64,000 nt of DNA from Nemertoderma westbladi (Eukaryota > Animalia > Xenacoelomorpha). The DNA is taken from contig JAUCBJ010007613.1 in assembly GCA_032718475.1 (NCBI GenBank), positions 84,670-148,669 of the forward strand. Direction: 5' to 3'. Below are positions 13,201-25,207 of this stretch, one piece after another (positions within the stretch are counted from its first letter, which is position 1; each line of letters starts with the position of its first letter). The position numbers and the translations under genes are program-made. The notes below the pieces were generated by a model, which saw only the letters and a program-made list of their open reading frames with translations, was not told where the DNA came from and did no database searches.

Positions 13201-15670
13201 CTGTAAAAGATGTATATTTGTGGCCCTAATGTAAATCATCTCATTCTTTATGATAGTAAAGGTGGCCCTTTTCCCGTTCATTTAATTTAATAAATCAATT
13301 TTGAATCAAATGGGCCAGTCAAACTTTCTCAAAAAATGACATGAAAAGTAACATGATTTGTAAGACTTGCAATGTAATATTTACCTCAGTTAACTTAAAA
13401 CTAAAATAATGTAGATTTTAATAAACATTATTTTTGTTTGAACATATTTTATGTACTGTACGGTTAGACTTTTCAAGTTCCCATGTCTTCAACGGGCAGT
13501 TATCGCCGTTGCTTAAGTAGAAATTATACGAACAGACAGACTTTAAAGTTCACCTGTCTGCCGCTAGGGAGGCGAATTGGCAGAAACGTAGAAGTAGCTG
13601 TGTAATTATAGAACCAACCATCAGATTCATCTGAAATTTGGTAGGAGTGAACAAGGAGCATTGCATAATTATAAATTCTATGCCTAGAAGGACTTTTATA
13701 GCTCTTATGTTCGTTATTCGTTACTATGTTCTAGCTCTAAAGAGCCTTGTCCATAAATATCTCCATGGCGCTACAGTATGGCCCTAATGCTGTTAAGCTC
13801 ATTGTATTTCATTCTGGCCCTTTTTCATCTCAGTTTATTGGTAAGATCAATTTGGATGCAAAAGGCCACTGTAAAAGATGTATATTTGTGGCCCTAATGT
13901 AAATCATCTCATTCTTTATGATAGTAAAGGTGGCCCTTTTCCCGTTCATTTAATTTAATAAATCAATTTTGAATCAAATGGGCCAGTCAAACTTTCTCAA
14001 AAAATGAAATGAATAGTAACATGATTTGTAAGACTTGCAATGTAATATTTACCTCAGTTAACTTAAAACTAAAATAATGTAGATTTTAATAAACATTATT
14101 TTTGTTTGAACATATTTTATGTACTGTACGGTTAGACTTTTCAAGTTCCCATGTCTTCAACGGGCAGTTATCGCCGTTGCTTAAGTAGAAATTATACGCA
14201 CAGACAGACTTTAAAGTTCACCTGTCTGCCGCTAGGGAGGCGAATTGACAGAAACGTAGAAGTAGCTGTGTAATTATAGAACCAACCATCAGATTCATCT
14301 GAAATTTGGTAGGAGTGAACGAGGGGCATTGCATAATTATAAATTATATGCCTAGACGGACTTTTATAGTTCTTATGTTCGTTATTCGGTACTATGTTCT
14401 AGCTCTAAAGACCCTTATCCATAAATATCTCCATGGCGCTACAGTATGGCCCTAATGCTGTTAAGCTCATTGTGTTTCATTCTGGCCCTTTTTCATCTCA
14501 GTTTATTGGTAAGATCAATTTGGATGGAAATGGGCCACTGTAAATGATGTATATTTGTGGCCCTAATGTAAATCATCTCATTCTTTATGATAGTAAAGGT
14601 GGCCCTTTTCCCGTTCATTTAATTTAATAAATCAATTTTGAATCAAATGGGCCAGTCAAACTTTCTCAAAAAATGAAATGAATAGTAACATGATTTGTAA
14701 GACTTGCAATGTAATATTTACCTCAGTTAAACTAAAACTAAAATAATGTAGATTTTAATAAACATTATTTTTGTTTGAACATATTTTATGTACTGTATGG
14801 TTAGACTTTCAAGTTCCCATGTCTTCAACGGGCAGTTATCGCCGTTGCTTAAGTAGAAATTATACACACAGACAGACTTTAAAGTTCACCTGTCTGCCGC
14901 TAGGGAGGCGAATTGACAGAAACGTAGAAGTAGCTGTGTAATTATAGAACCAACCATCAGATTCATCTGAAATTTGGTAGGAGTGAACAAGGAGCATTGC
15001 ATAATTATAAATTCTATGCTTAGACGGACTTTTATACTGTAGTTCTTATGTTCGTTATTCGTTACTATGTTCGAGCTCTAAAGAGCCTTGTCCATAAATA
15101 TCTCCATGGCGCTACAGTATGGCCCTAATGCTGTTAAGCTCATTGTATTTCATTCTGGCCCTTTTTCATCTCAGTTTATTGGTAAGATCAATTTGGATGC
15201 AAAAGGCCACTGTAAAAGATGTATATTTGTGGCCCTAATGTAAATCATCTCATTCTTTATGATAGTAAAGGTGGCCCTTTTCCCGTTCATTTAATTTAAT
15301 AAATCAATTTTGAATCAAATGGGCCAGTCAAACTTTCTCAAAAAATGACATAAATAGTAACATGATTTGTAAGACTTGCAATGTAATATTTACCTCAGTT
15401 AAACTAAAACTAAAATAATGTAGATTTTAATAAACATTATTTTTGTTTGAACATATTTTATGTACTGTACGGTTAGACTTTTCAAGTTCCCATGTATTCA
15501 ACGGGCAGTTATCGCCGTTGCTTAAGTAGAAATTATACGAACAGACAGACTTTAAAGTTCACCTGTCTGCCGCTAGGGAGGCGAATTGACAGAAACGTAG
15601 AAGTAGCTGTGTAATTACAGTATGGCCCTAATGCTGTTAAGCTCATTGTATTTGATTCTGGCCCTTTTTC
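10230..15670. repeat. ~668-bp tandem satellite, about 8 units including one shortened unit
   Basis: Anchor ctgaaatttggtaggagtgaacaagg recurs at ~10728, 11396, 12068, 12295, 12963, 13631, 14299 and 14967. Confidence 0.95.
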
Positions 15671-15704
15671 AAAGGAAATTGTCCTAAGGAAATTGTTTAA
15701 ATTG

Positions 15705-16042
15705 GGATCTAAGTCTACCTAAGATCTAAGTACGCTTTGCTTTCAACGTGGGGATCTATAAGTTCGCCTTGCGACTAGCATGATGATTTCCAAAGGCTTT
15801 TAATAGCATAAATTGGGATCTAAGTTCACCTAGTTAGGATCTAAGTTCACCTAGTTAGGATCTAAGTTCACCTAGTTAGGATCTAAGTTCACCTAGTTAT
15901 GATCTAAGTTCCCCCAGGCAGGATCTAAGTTCACCTAGTTAGGATATAAGTTCACCTAGCTAGGATCTAAGTTCACCCAGATAGGACCTAAGTTCGGAAA
16001 GATCTAAATTCATCAAAGTCAGACCTTGCAGGATCTAAGTTC
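15705..16042. repeat. 21-bp tandem array (ggatctaagttcacctagtta) upstream of YR2
   Basis: Direct reading; core units are perfect and the edges degenerate. Confidence 0.9.
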
Positions 16043-16419
16043 GTTTTACCGTAGCCTGGTAGCACAAGTATCGGTAGAGTACCGTTACCATATGCAGTAA
16101 GCAGTACGTGGTACACCAGCAGAGCAGTAGTCCTGTACAGCTGTAGTCCTACAGAAGTAGTAGGCCTGCATATATAGACCCACCCCAGCACCCTGCCACC
16201 CCACCAGTCAGCCAGTGCTGCAGCCTGCAGAGCAGCAGTTCAGCAGAATGCCCAAATCAAAGAAGAAAAATTTCCGAATTAATAGAAAGTTGGTCGTTTA
16301 CAATAATACCCTTACACCTACCAAATTGTCTGATGGATCGCCCATTACATCCACACCACGCAGGACTACACGCGAACCACAAGATCAAGAAGGTAAGTTT
16401 ACCTGTTTACTGTTGTGTA

Positions 16420-17026
16420 GGGTCCGTCTAACCGGTAAACACCCAAATCACACCAAATCACAAACCAAATCTGCAAATCACCAATCACAAATCACGGTCC
16501 TTCGAACAACGAATTACCGGTACTCAAAAAAAAAACAAAATTATCCAAAAATACGCAATTTTTTTGGGTAGGCCTACCGGCTGACCGGTAATTCGTATCG
16601 TAGGACCCACCAACAGACCAAATCACAAACTGACAAACCAAACCGCCAAATCACAAAAAATAATCCCAAAAGGGGCCAAAACCAAATCACTCCAAAGTCC
16701 AAACCAGATCCAGAGATCACACCGAACAGCCTTAAATGATAGGCCCTACCAAATCACAACAAATCACACCAAATCACAAAAACAAATTTAAAAGTAAAGG
16801 CATGAAAGGAGCAGGTTACAGTTTAGTGTACAGTGACAGTGCTGCAGTGCAGCAGTGGTAGCCAGAAGAAACCAAAACAATAAACGATTAGAAAAAAATA
16901 AAAATTAGGATTTTTTGTGTGATTTGGCATTTGGGCTGTTGGGTGTTTGGTGTGATTTGGTCAATTTTGTGTGATTTTGGCTGTTGGGTGTTCAGGCTGT
17001 CAGGTCATCAGGTGTTTAGACGGACC
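16420..17026. mobile_element. MITE with gggtccgtctaa..acacc TIRs and ccaaatcaca subterminal repeats, in YR2 intron 1
   Basis: 5' gggtccgtctaa(ccggta)aacacc; 3' ggtgtttagacggacc. Subrepeat orientation flips in the middle. Confidence 0.65.
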
Positions 17027-17161
17027 GGTCTGCCGCCCTGCCGGTCTGGTTGTTGCAGTGTTGGTCTGTTGGTTGTGTAAGAAAACATTACCAGATTACA
17101 GCATTAATGGCTCTATCCTGTTTGGTACACTGTGCACTGCCTGACTGCCACTGCACTAGGC

Positions 17162-18081
17162 GGGTCCGACGAATTTGTACAAAAAAGTACAAAAAAATAC
17201 AAAATAGTAGGCCTACAAAAGAATACAAAAGAGTAGGCCTACAATAAAGTGCAAAAATAGTACAAGAGTGCCATAATAGTACAAAAGAGTACAAACGAGT
17301 GAGAAACGCTTGCAAAACGTGTAGGCCTATCCAACTGTAGTTCAAATCGTTTAGAGAGGCGCACATGACAGCATGATGTGCAAATTAAAATAAAGCCTTG
17401 TCTGATTGTGGGGCGAACCATGCATTGAGCGGGGGCTGATCTAGCTGTCTAGCAGTCAGAGAGTACGCCCCTATTACAATACAATCTTATGAGTTTTAAT
17501 GCAGCCTTTTGTGTTGAAAAAACACAAAAAACGGTCCCAAGCCCGCAAAGTTGCAGAGGGAGAACTCAATAAAGTTGCAGATAGAGGCGTACATACAGAC
17601 ATACATAGCCTACATAATGTACAGTAGCATACAGTCTATCCTATCCTTCAGTATATGGGCTACTTTAAGACTATGACCTAAATTTTGATTCTCAGTTATA
17701 GGAGTTAAATCTACCCACTGCATAGTATTGCATTATATTGTATTATACGAACTGTAGCCTGCTATTTCTACTTGTAAGCCAGTCAAAATCTACATGAATC
17801 AAAGTCCTGTCAATCATTTCATACTGACCACAGAACCAAGGCCGCTAGTCAGCTAGTGATTGACACTGTAGCGGCGCATATTTCGGTCCCGTTGCATTTG
17901 CTTACAATTAATTATATTTATATACAAGTGTAGTGTGTAGTGTAGTGTAGTAGACTACACTGGTATAAACGTTTTGTATGCGTTTCTCACTCGTTTGTAC
18001 TCTTTTGTACTATTTTTGCACTTTATTGTAGGCCTACTCTTTTGTACTGTATTGTACTATTTTGTACAGATTGGTCGGACC
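17162..18081. mobile_element. MITE with long TIRs and a 9-bp TSD (Mutator-like)
   Basis: gcactaggc at 17153-17161 and 18082-18090. Ends gggtccgac / gtcggacc. Inverted gtacaaaa-rich arms. Confidence 0.8.
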
Positions 18082-18255
18082 GCACTAGGCAGCTAGGGCC
18101 TACCGCTCTGTTCACAAACCTGTAACCGGTAGGACTACCGGTCACCAGTAGCGCGGTAGGCCTTTCTTCCAACTAATTTCCACTGATTCAGGCTGTCAGG
18201 GTTCCGACTTCCATTAGACCCTAGCCCATTAGACCCTAGGTTAGGGTTAGAAAAG

Positions 18256-18449
18256 GTCCAAACTCTAGACAAAAAGTGTCTGAAACCCTACCTGGAACCC
18301 TTTGTTAATTTGGGCCCGAAGGGGGAAGGGCCCAAAATGACAAAAATCTGATTTCAGGGTTCCAACAGCAACAAGGGCTGAAGGATTAGCAGCATGAGGG
18401 TTCCAGGTAGGGTTAAGGTTTCAGACCCTTTTTGTCTAGAGTTTGGACT
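18256..18449. mobile_element. Small foldback/MITE
   Basis: gtccaaactctagacaaaaag...ctacctggaaccc vs gggttccaggtag...ctttttgtctagagtttggac. Confidence 0.65.
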
Positions 18450-21400
18450 TGCCGAGTAACAAGTAACTGGAAGTCCGTAAAAAATGGCGCCCCAGGCTGC
18501 AGCTGCAGGGCGCCTGCTGCCTGCAGTATACCAAACATGATATACCCGCATTACAGCATTACCTACCGGTTACGACACTGCGACAGCCTAACAAATCTGC
18601 CACATTCATGTGTAGGGCCTACTCTTTACTCTACATTTTCTCAGTTATCCGTTTAATTTAGTATAGCCTAGGCCTACTCATTGGACAGTCTGAGTAGGAG
18701 GCGTAGGCCTATGGTACCAAAGGCCAATGGTACCAAACCAATACCGAATTTTTTTTCATATAGGTGTTTGTATTTGAGTTAAAAATATTTTTTTGTAAAA
18801 TTTATTTTATCAGCATAAGAAGCGTTACATAAAGAAGTCCCATGCCAAATTTCAGTCAATTAGGCCTACCTCTTTTCGTTCTCACACACTAACACAAAAA
18901 CCAAGTTAAAATCTTAATTAAAATCTTAATTAATTAGGTTTGGTTGGTGCTTGTAGGATAGTCTAATTATGTAGCCTAATTAATTTTACTAATTATAGAT
19001 TAGACCTACCTGTATTACTAGTTCGGTAGGCTACCATGCAGCCATGGAAGCACCAGACTTAAGTATCCACCAGACTTAAATGAAATTATCCAGTATTGGC
19101 ATTGATACGATTTTGTTGCCTGTCTCATAAACTTTAATATATACAGGCCCTATATACTCTCCTTTGCCTCAATTTCTAATTGGAACCCCTCTAATGCCCA
19201 GTTATCAGGGCCTCTCACTCATTAATTATTGTTTCTTTATTTTACACTATAGAATCAAATATGCAAAGGGATGTTGACGAAGAATGTTATTTGCATGAAG
19301 CTGAAATTATCCTTGAACCAATTGAAAGTGTTAGACCTATAGTAGAGAGTGCAAGTGAGAGTGACACTGAAACTGTTGCTTATCAAGTACCGGTCCAAGA
19401 AGCATTGAAACCTTCAACATGTGACATGTTTGGAGATATGCTTGATTTTGATTCGTCTGATAGCGATGACCCCGATTACATTCCCGATGACAGTTCCACC
19501 GATTCGGAAGACACTGAATTTGATGTCGTTTCAGATATTGACATTGCAATGTTGAGTGATGGTTGCTCTCCATTCGATCTTATTTCTCCTTATTTTGGAG
19601 CATCATCCGAGCAGAATAGTGATGAGGATGACCCCGATTACATTCCCGATGACAGTTCCACCGATTCGGAAGACAATGAATATGATTTCGTTTCAGATGT
19701 CGACATATCTACCGGTATGTTGTCTGATGGTTTCACTCCATCATGTGAACCTCACCTTCTCCCTGATTTCTTCACTAGATTTGACCACAATCGCGATGAC
19801 CCCGATTACATTCTAACTAACAGTGAGTGTTCCATGGATTCGGGGGGAAGTGACAATAATTATGTTCCCTCCGAATCAGACTGTCATTCGGAATCTCCCA
19901 AGGGTAGTAGCTCTAGTTCTAAAAAGAAAGCTCGCTCGACATGCCTCATTTGTAAAAGAAAAGTGCAGAGTCGTAACATATCTCAGCATATGAAGCGAGT
20001 TCATCATATAAAGGGGAAGAAAGCTCTTGGTTACTCGAGGGTGATGTCTCGCAAGAGGCGTGGTAAATACAAACGCAAGGAATCTGTTTGTTCCTTGTGT
20101 AATGCCGTTGTTGAGCGGCTAGCAAATCATCTAACGAATAAACATAAACTCCCCGTCTTCATTATTGATTCTTATGGTAATAAAATCAAAAATACAGAAC
20201 GTCAAGATGTTCTGAAAGATTCCCACAGATTTAACTTTAACGATGTACAGCAAATTTTAGTCGAAGCTGAACCTGAAGTCAAAGTTCCTTTGTTGGATGA
20301 ATTTCGTGTATATTTGAGTAATAAGCGGCATGGGTTCAAATCCCGGGATGTTGAATTCATAATTGGGCTCGTCACTCATTTTTTTAGGCTCATGTCTAAA
20401 GGCATTGATAGTGCTGAAAGGTTAAGTGTTACCCATATGTTCAATGCAGATCTTCTTGAGACCACTTTCGATCGACTAACAGAGGAAGTAGTACGTGGGG
20501 GTAAAGTTCGGGAAGTGACTTCATTATCTGTGTATGCACAGAAACTCCTTCTCTGGGAGCGCTTTGCTAGTCGTTATTACCGCCGGTTGAATATTCAAGG
20601 AGATGACATAGCTCAGGAAACTATTATCCTCTGTAAAACCGTATTCGAAGAGATCCAACGGTCTTTAAGGCGAGGAGTTCGGGTCCAACATGCTGTGAGA
20701 CTTCAAGAGGCAACTGCTAATATGCCGACTAAGGAGGAACTAGGATCTTTCTTCAATTCAGAGATCGTGAGTGAAATTAAAAGCGCGATAAAACAACCGT
20801 TTATTATTTTGGTTCCCCATTATTTTGGTATGTAAACCTGTTCCCTTTACCAACATGCTTGATATACTGTAATAATGTAAAGGTCTACTGTAGTGTACTT
20901 ACTGTGTGTAACTATAACTGTAGGCTAGGTGAGATAAATAATGACAACATAAAACTACTGTATTAACTTAAGGAACTACAGTATGTAGGCATACTTATAG
21001 TATGTAGGCATCCCCCCCCCCCCCCCCCCCACCCGTAGTTTTAGCCCCTGTACAGTAGTACTCATTTCCCAAAGTTATTACAGTAGTTTTATGTTGTCAT
21101 TATTTATCTCACCTGGCCTACAGTACAGTACCAATACATATTATAAAGCATGTGGCATTGTTATTAAATTGTTCGTGTGTATGGTGATATTTTCACACAG
21201 TTTCTTAGGCCTCCAGGTCGAATTTGTTTAATTCACTATAAAACGCCACTAAAAAGTCTACTGATATACTGTACAGTACCAGTTAATTAACGGTAACTGC
21301 TACAGTAGGCCCTACACTTATTAATGGTAAAAAAATCTTACAGACAAAATACATCAAATGCATACATTTTATGAGATGTATCAACATAATTTCAATGATT

Positions 21401-21863
21401 TTTTTACTTTATTCTAGAATATTAATTCGCTTTTTTTTCCGATAATAAGTAATAAAATATATATAAAATAATAATAAAAATATATATAATAATAAAATAA
21501 TATAATATAATAATAAAATAATATAATATAATAATAAAATAATGCAGTATAATAATAAAATATCATAAAAAATAATAAACCATCAATAATAATTAATAAG
21601 ATTGATTAAATTAATTAAAAGCTTGAAATTAATATTCTAGATAATAAAATCATCAGAACTATAACGATTTACGTCTGAAATTGCGTGCTCTTGAATTATA
21701 TCTGAACATTTTTTTTGGGGAAATTGAAAATGGCTTTCATATTCGATTCGGAATATCAAGTATATTTAAAAAAAAATAAAATAAAATTGACACGTTTTAA
21801 CAGTTGTAAACTGTTAGTTAAATCTATGTAAACTGTAGCGAAATAATAAAAAAAATAAAAATC

Positions 21864-22184
21864 CTGCGTTAAACATTCGTATAACATTCGTAAAACATTC
21901 GTAACGCATTCGTATAGCGTGGGAAACATTCGTATATAACATGCGGATATAGCATTCGTATAGTGTGCGGGAAACATTCGTATAAGATTAGGGACGCATT
22001 CGTAGAATGTGCGGGATTCGAATAAGGTTCGTATAACATTCGATATGCGAATAAAGGATGCGTATTTGGTTCGGTTTTCGCATTCGTATCGCATGGTTCA
22101 TCTATGTAACATTTCAGAATTCGTTACGAATGCGTGAAATATGCGCCATCCCATGCGTTACGCATGCGGAGTTTTTTTACTGGG
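21864..22184. repeat. cattcgta subrepeat cluster, probably a non-autonomous DNA transposon end
   Basis: Many (a/g)cattcgta motifs, ending in ttttttactggg. Confidence 0.5.
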
Positions 22185-23070
22185 AATTAAAGCCAACACC
22201 TATACAATTAGTGCAGGCCCAATTATCGTCGAATGATCATAAATGCAACTGAAATAAGTTTCAGATATATTTGTACAAATTTTTGGTGTGGCCAAAGTAA
22301 CCCCGTTGTCCGCCATGGGCACCTGGGTTACTTTGTCCAGTGAAAAAATCAATTGAAAATATAACATTTTGAAAATTTTAAATGTTCTATGTGGTGACCT
22401 GTTATTTAAGTATATCCACATGCTAGCTGTACATTACGTAATAGTCCATGTATATCATATTTCAATCAAAGATTGAAAGTTTTTTTTGCATTGTAATTAA
22501 GAAATAATTTAGTTTTAAAAATTATAACTGCTAAAACTTTTTTAATCTTCCATAACCTATAGAAGTGATGGCTATATAAGTAAGCTCTCCAGTCATGCTG
22601 GATATGGCATCAACATGTACATAGTTATTTTAGAATTGAAAAGAAAAACTCGTTTTTTTCAATTGGCCAAAGTAACCCAGGTGGCCAAAATATCCTATGT
22701 TTATGGTACTGGACTCGTGTAGCGCGAAGGCCAAACGAAAATTTTCAAGTATTGGAACTATCGGTACTGCCCTACAGTACCTATCTTTTCAGCTTTTACT
22801 GCTTCACTACAGCGCTAGACTTTTGCTTGTCTGTCTCTGTCATGTTGTAGGCCTATATCGTAGTACAAGTACCAGTAGAGTACCGTTACCGTAAGCTGGT
22901 AAGCAGTACAGGGTACACCAGTAGTCCTACAGAAGTAAGCTACTTCTGATCTTTCGGTGTTTGAATTGCCTCTTTGTTAAATTTGCGATTCCAGGATTCC
23001 GACACCCCAGCATAGGCCAGTACAGCAGTAGGCCTGCAGACCCACCCCACCAGTGCAGCAGTTCAGCAGA

Positions 23071-24555
23071 ATTATCCTCTGTAAAACCGTAGGCCCTATT
23101 ATTCGAAGAGATCCAACGGTCTTTAAGACGAGGAATCCGGGTCCAACATGCTGTGAGACTTCAAGAGGCAACTGCTAATATGCCGACTAAGGAGGAACTA
23201 GGATCTTTCTTCAGTTCAGCGATCGTGAGTGAAATTAAAAGCGCGATAAAACAACTTGACGATCCAAAGATCAATCCAACTGATGTGCCACTTTGGCAAA
23301 TGCAAAGCCTGCTGTTATGTGAGCTAATTTTGAAACCATCGATTAGACCTGGAGGTGTATTGAATATGACACTAGATGATGTTACAAAGAGGTGCACTGA
23401 GGGAGAGTTTGTAATAATTACTGTACAGGACCACAAAACAAACGGTATTTACGGACCATTGAAAGTTGTCATGTCTGCAGAAGTGTATGGACTTCTTAAG
23501 AGGTGGATATATTTCGGAAGAAGCCAATATGCTAAAGAAAACTTGTCTGTTCCAAATGTTTTTACAAACACTCAAGGCCATCAACTTGCAGTTGTGGCAC
23601 CAAAGCTTCAAGCTCTCTGGTTGGCTGTACTTCCCGATTCGACAAGTACAATAACACCTACAGAAGTCCGGCATGTGGTTTCAACTCTCAACCAGCAGGA
23701 GACAACTACGTATTCTGATCAAAACCTTGTGTGCAGGTAAGAACAGTTCCTTGATTATTATAGTTAGTATTATTATACAGTACCGGCATTCTCTTTTTTT
23801 TTTATATATATAGGTATAAGGTTCTTTGATTTAGGGGATCAGTTGTTTTAAATTGATGCAATATCTATGCTAGATACCGGTATATAACAATTCAATGTAA
23901 CTTATTTCCAATATTAATTCTAAATAAAGTTCTAAAAGTTTATATTTAGGATCAAGCTTTCAGCCCTGAATAGGGGTATTCTTCAGTAAAGCGGGATTAC
24001 AGCGCAACACACACGAAACTGGTGCTTAAATATCTCATAATTTGCGGGTTCTTGTCACATTTATTTTATTATTCATTCATATTTATTATTATTATTAAAA
24101 TGGTATTCTTTAATAATGACTTTATTAATATACTTCAATATTATTAAACAGGTTAGGTTAAGGAATAGGATGTCCTGTCCATGTCCAAACCCTAGACTAA
24201 AAGTATCCTAAACCCAAACCTATAAAACGAGATATATCTGTTCTAAAACTTACCAGGTTCAGATTGACCTACATAACAAAACCTTTCATGCGGTCTCCTT
24301 TACCAACAGCCGGTTGTTACAGGCTGTTTTAGATAGAATTTGATGGAATGTTTATTGCATGATAAGAATGAAATAGTGGAATAATAATATTTACTCAAAA
24401 TTTTTAATTTGACATCGTTGTTTTATAGGGCAATGGGGCATTCGATGACGACTCAACGATCTGCTTATGAAGCTTCGTTGTCCAACACTAGAGCTGCTGA
24501 TGCGTACCGCATCATTGGAGGATTGATTAATCTACGGAATAAGAACACTGAATAG
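23071..24555 (+). CDS. YR2 3' half: tyrosine recombinase catalytic domain (exons ~23071/23180-23736 and 24429-24555)
   Basis: SIRPG, HKT(NGIYGP) and TEVRH motifs. A phase-2 intron (ag|gtaaga...tatag|g) joins to AMGHSMTTQRSAYEASLSNTRAADAYRIIGGLINLRNKNTE*, which supplies the catalytic H and Y. Confidence 0.85.
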
Positions 24556-25207
24556 CCTGAAGTTACCTCAGCTTGACTGATATATAATTAAAATATATTA
24601 TATTTTAATTAAATATTTTAACTCAAATTATACCGTTACTTCGGTAACAACTCTAATTGTTACTAATGTTTCTATTGAAACTACTAATAACTTTTATTAA
24701 TTCCGTAAACTCCTTTTAGTAATCATTGTTATATTCATGGAATACCTATTAGTAACTTTGTACTTGTTTCACCAATTTTTAGTGGTGGTATACTTTTATG
24801 TCCATTAAAAATCTATATTATACCGTTAAAACAATATACAGTAGGCTATACTTAAATGTAAATAAATTTTATGATTTTTCAATTCCTAACTTCAAATTGT
24901 GCTAAATTCCATATATTTATTTAAAACATTACATTGTGCATCTAATATTCTGAATTGTTCTAAAATTCATATTTTTTATTTCGTTTCATCTTTATAATTA
25001 TTACCTTACCTATTATTGTGCTATATATATTCAGAATTGTGCTAAATTCCTTATTTATATTTGTCCGTATCTGTCTCTGATGTCCTACAACACACACACA
25101 CACAGTTTGTCGAGATGCAATAATAAGTAAATTACATTATTAACTACGGTATAATTAACATTTTTTATTTTTGGCTCCTAATAGTCGTATTATGAATTTT
25201 AATACCT

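Larger units (their letters stand above)
16248..20835 (+). pseudogene. YR2 5' half: acidic repeats, two C2H2 fingers and the recombinase N-terminal region; truncated at ~20796
   Basis: Exon 16248-16392 (ATG...AAG|gtaagt, phase 1) joins acceptor tatag|19253 in frame with ORF 19261-20835. CLIC..HMKRVH and CSLC..HLTNKH fingers. Aligns with YR1 (VRLQEATANMPTKEEL vs VRQRATETMPTAEEI). Confidence 0.8.
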
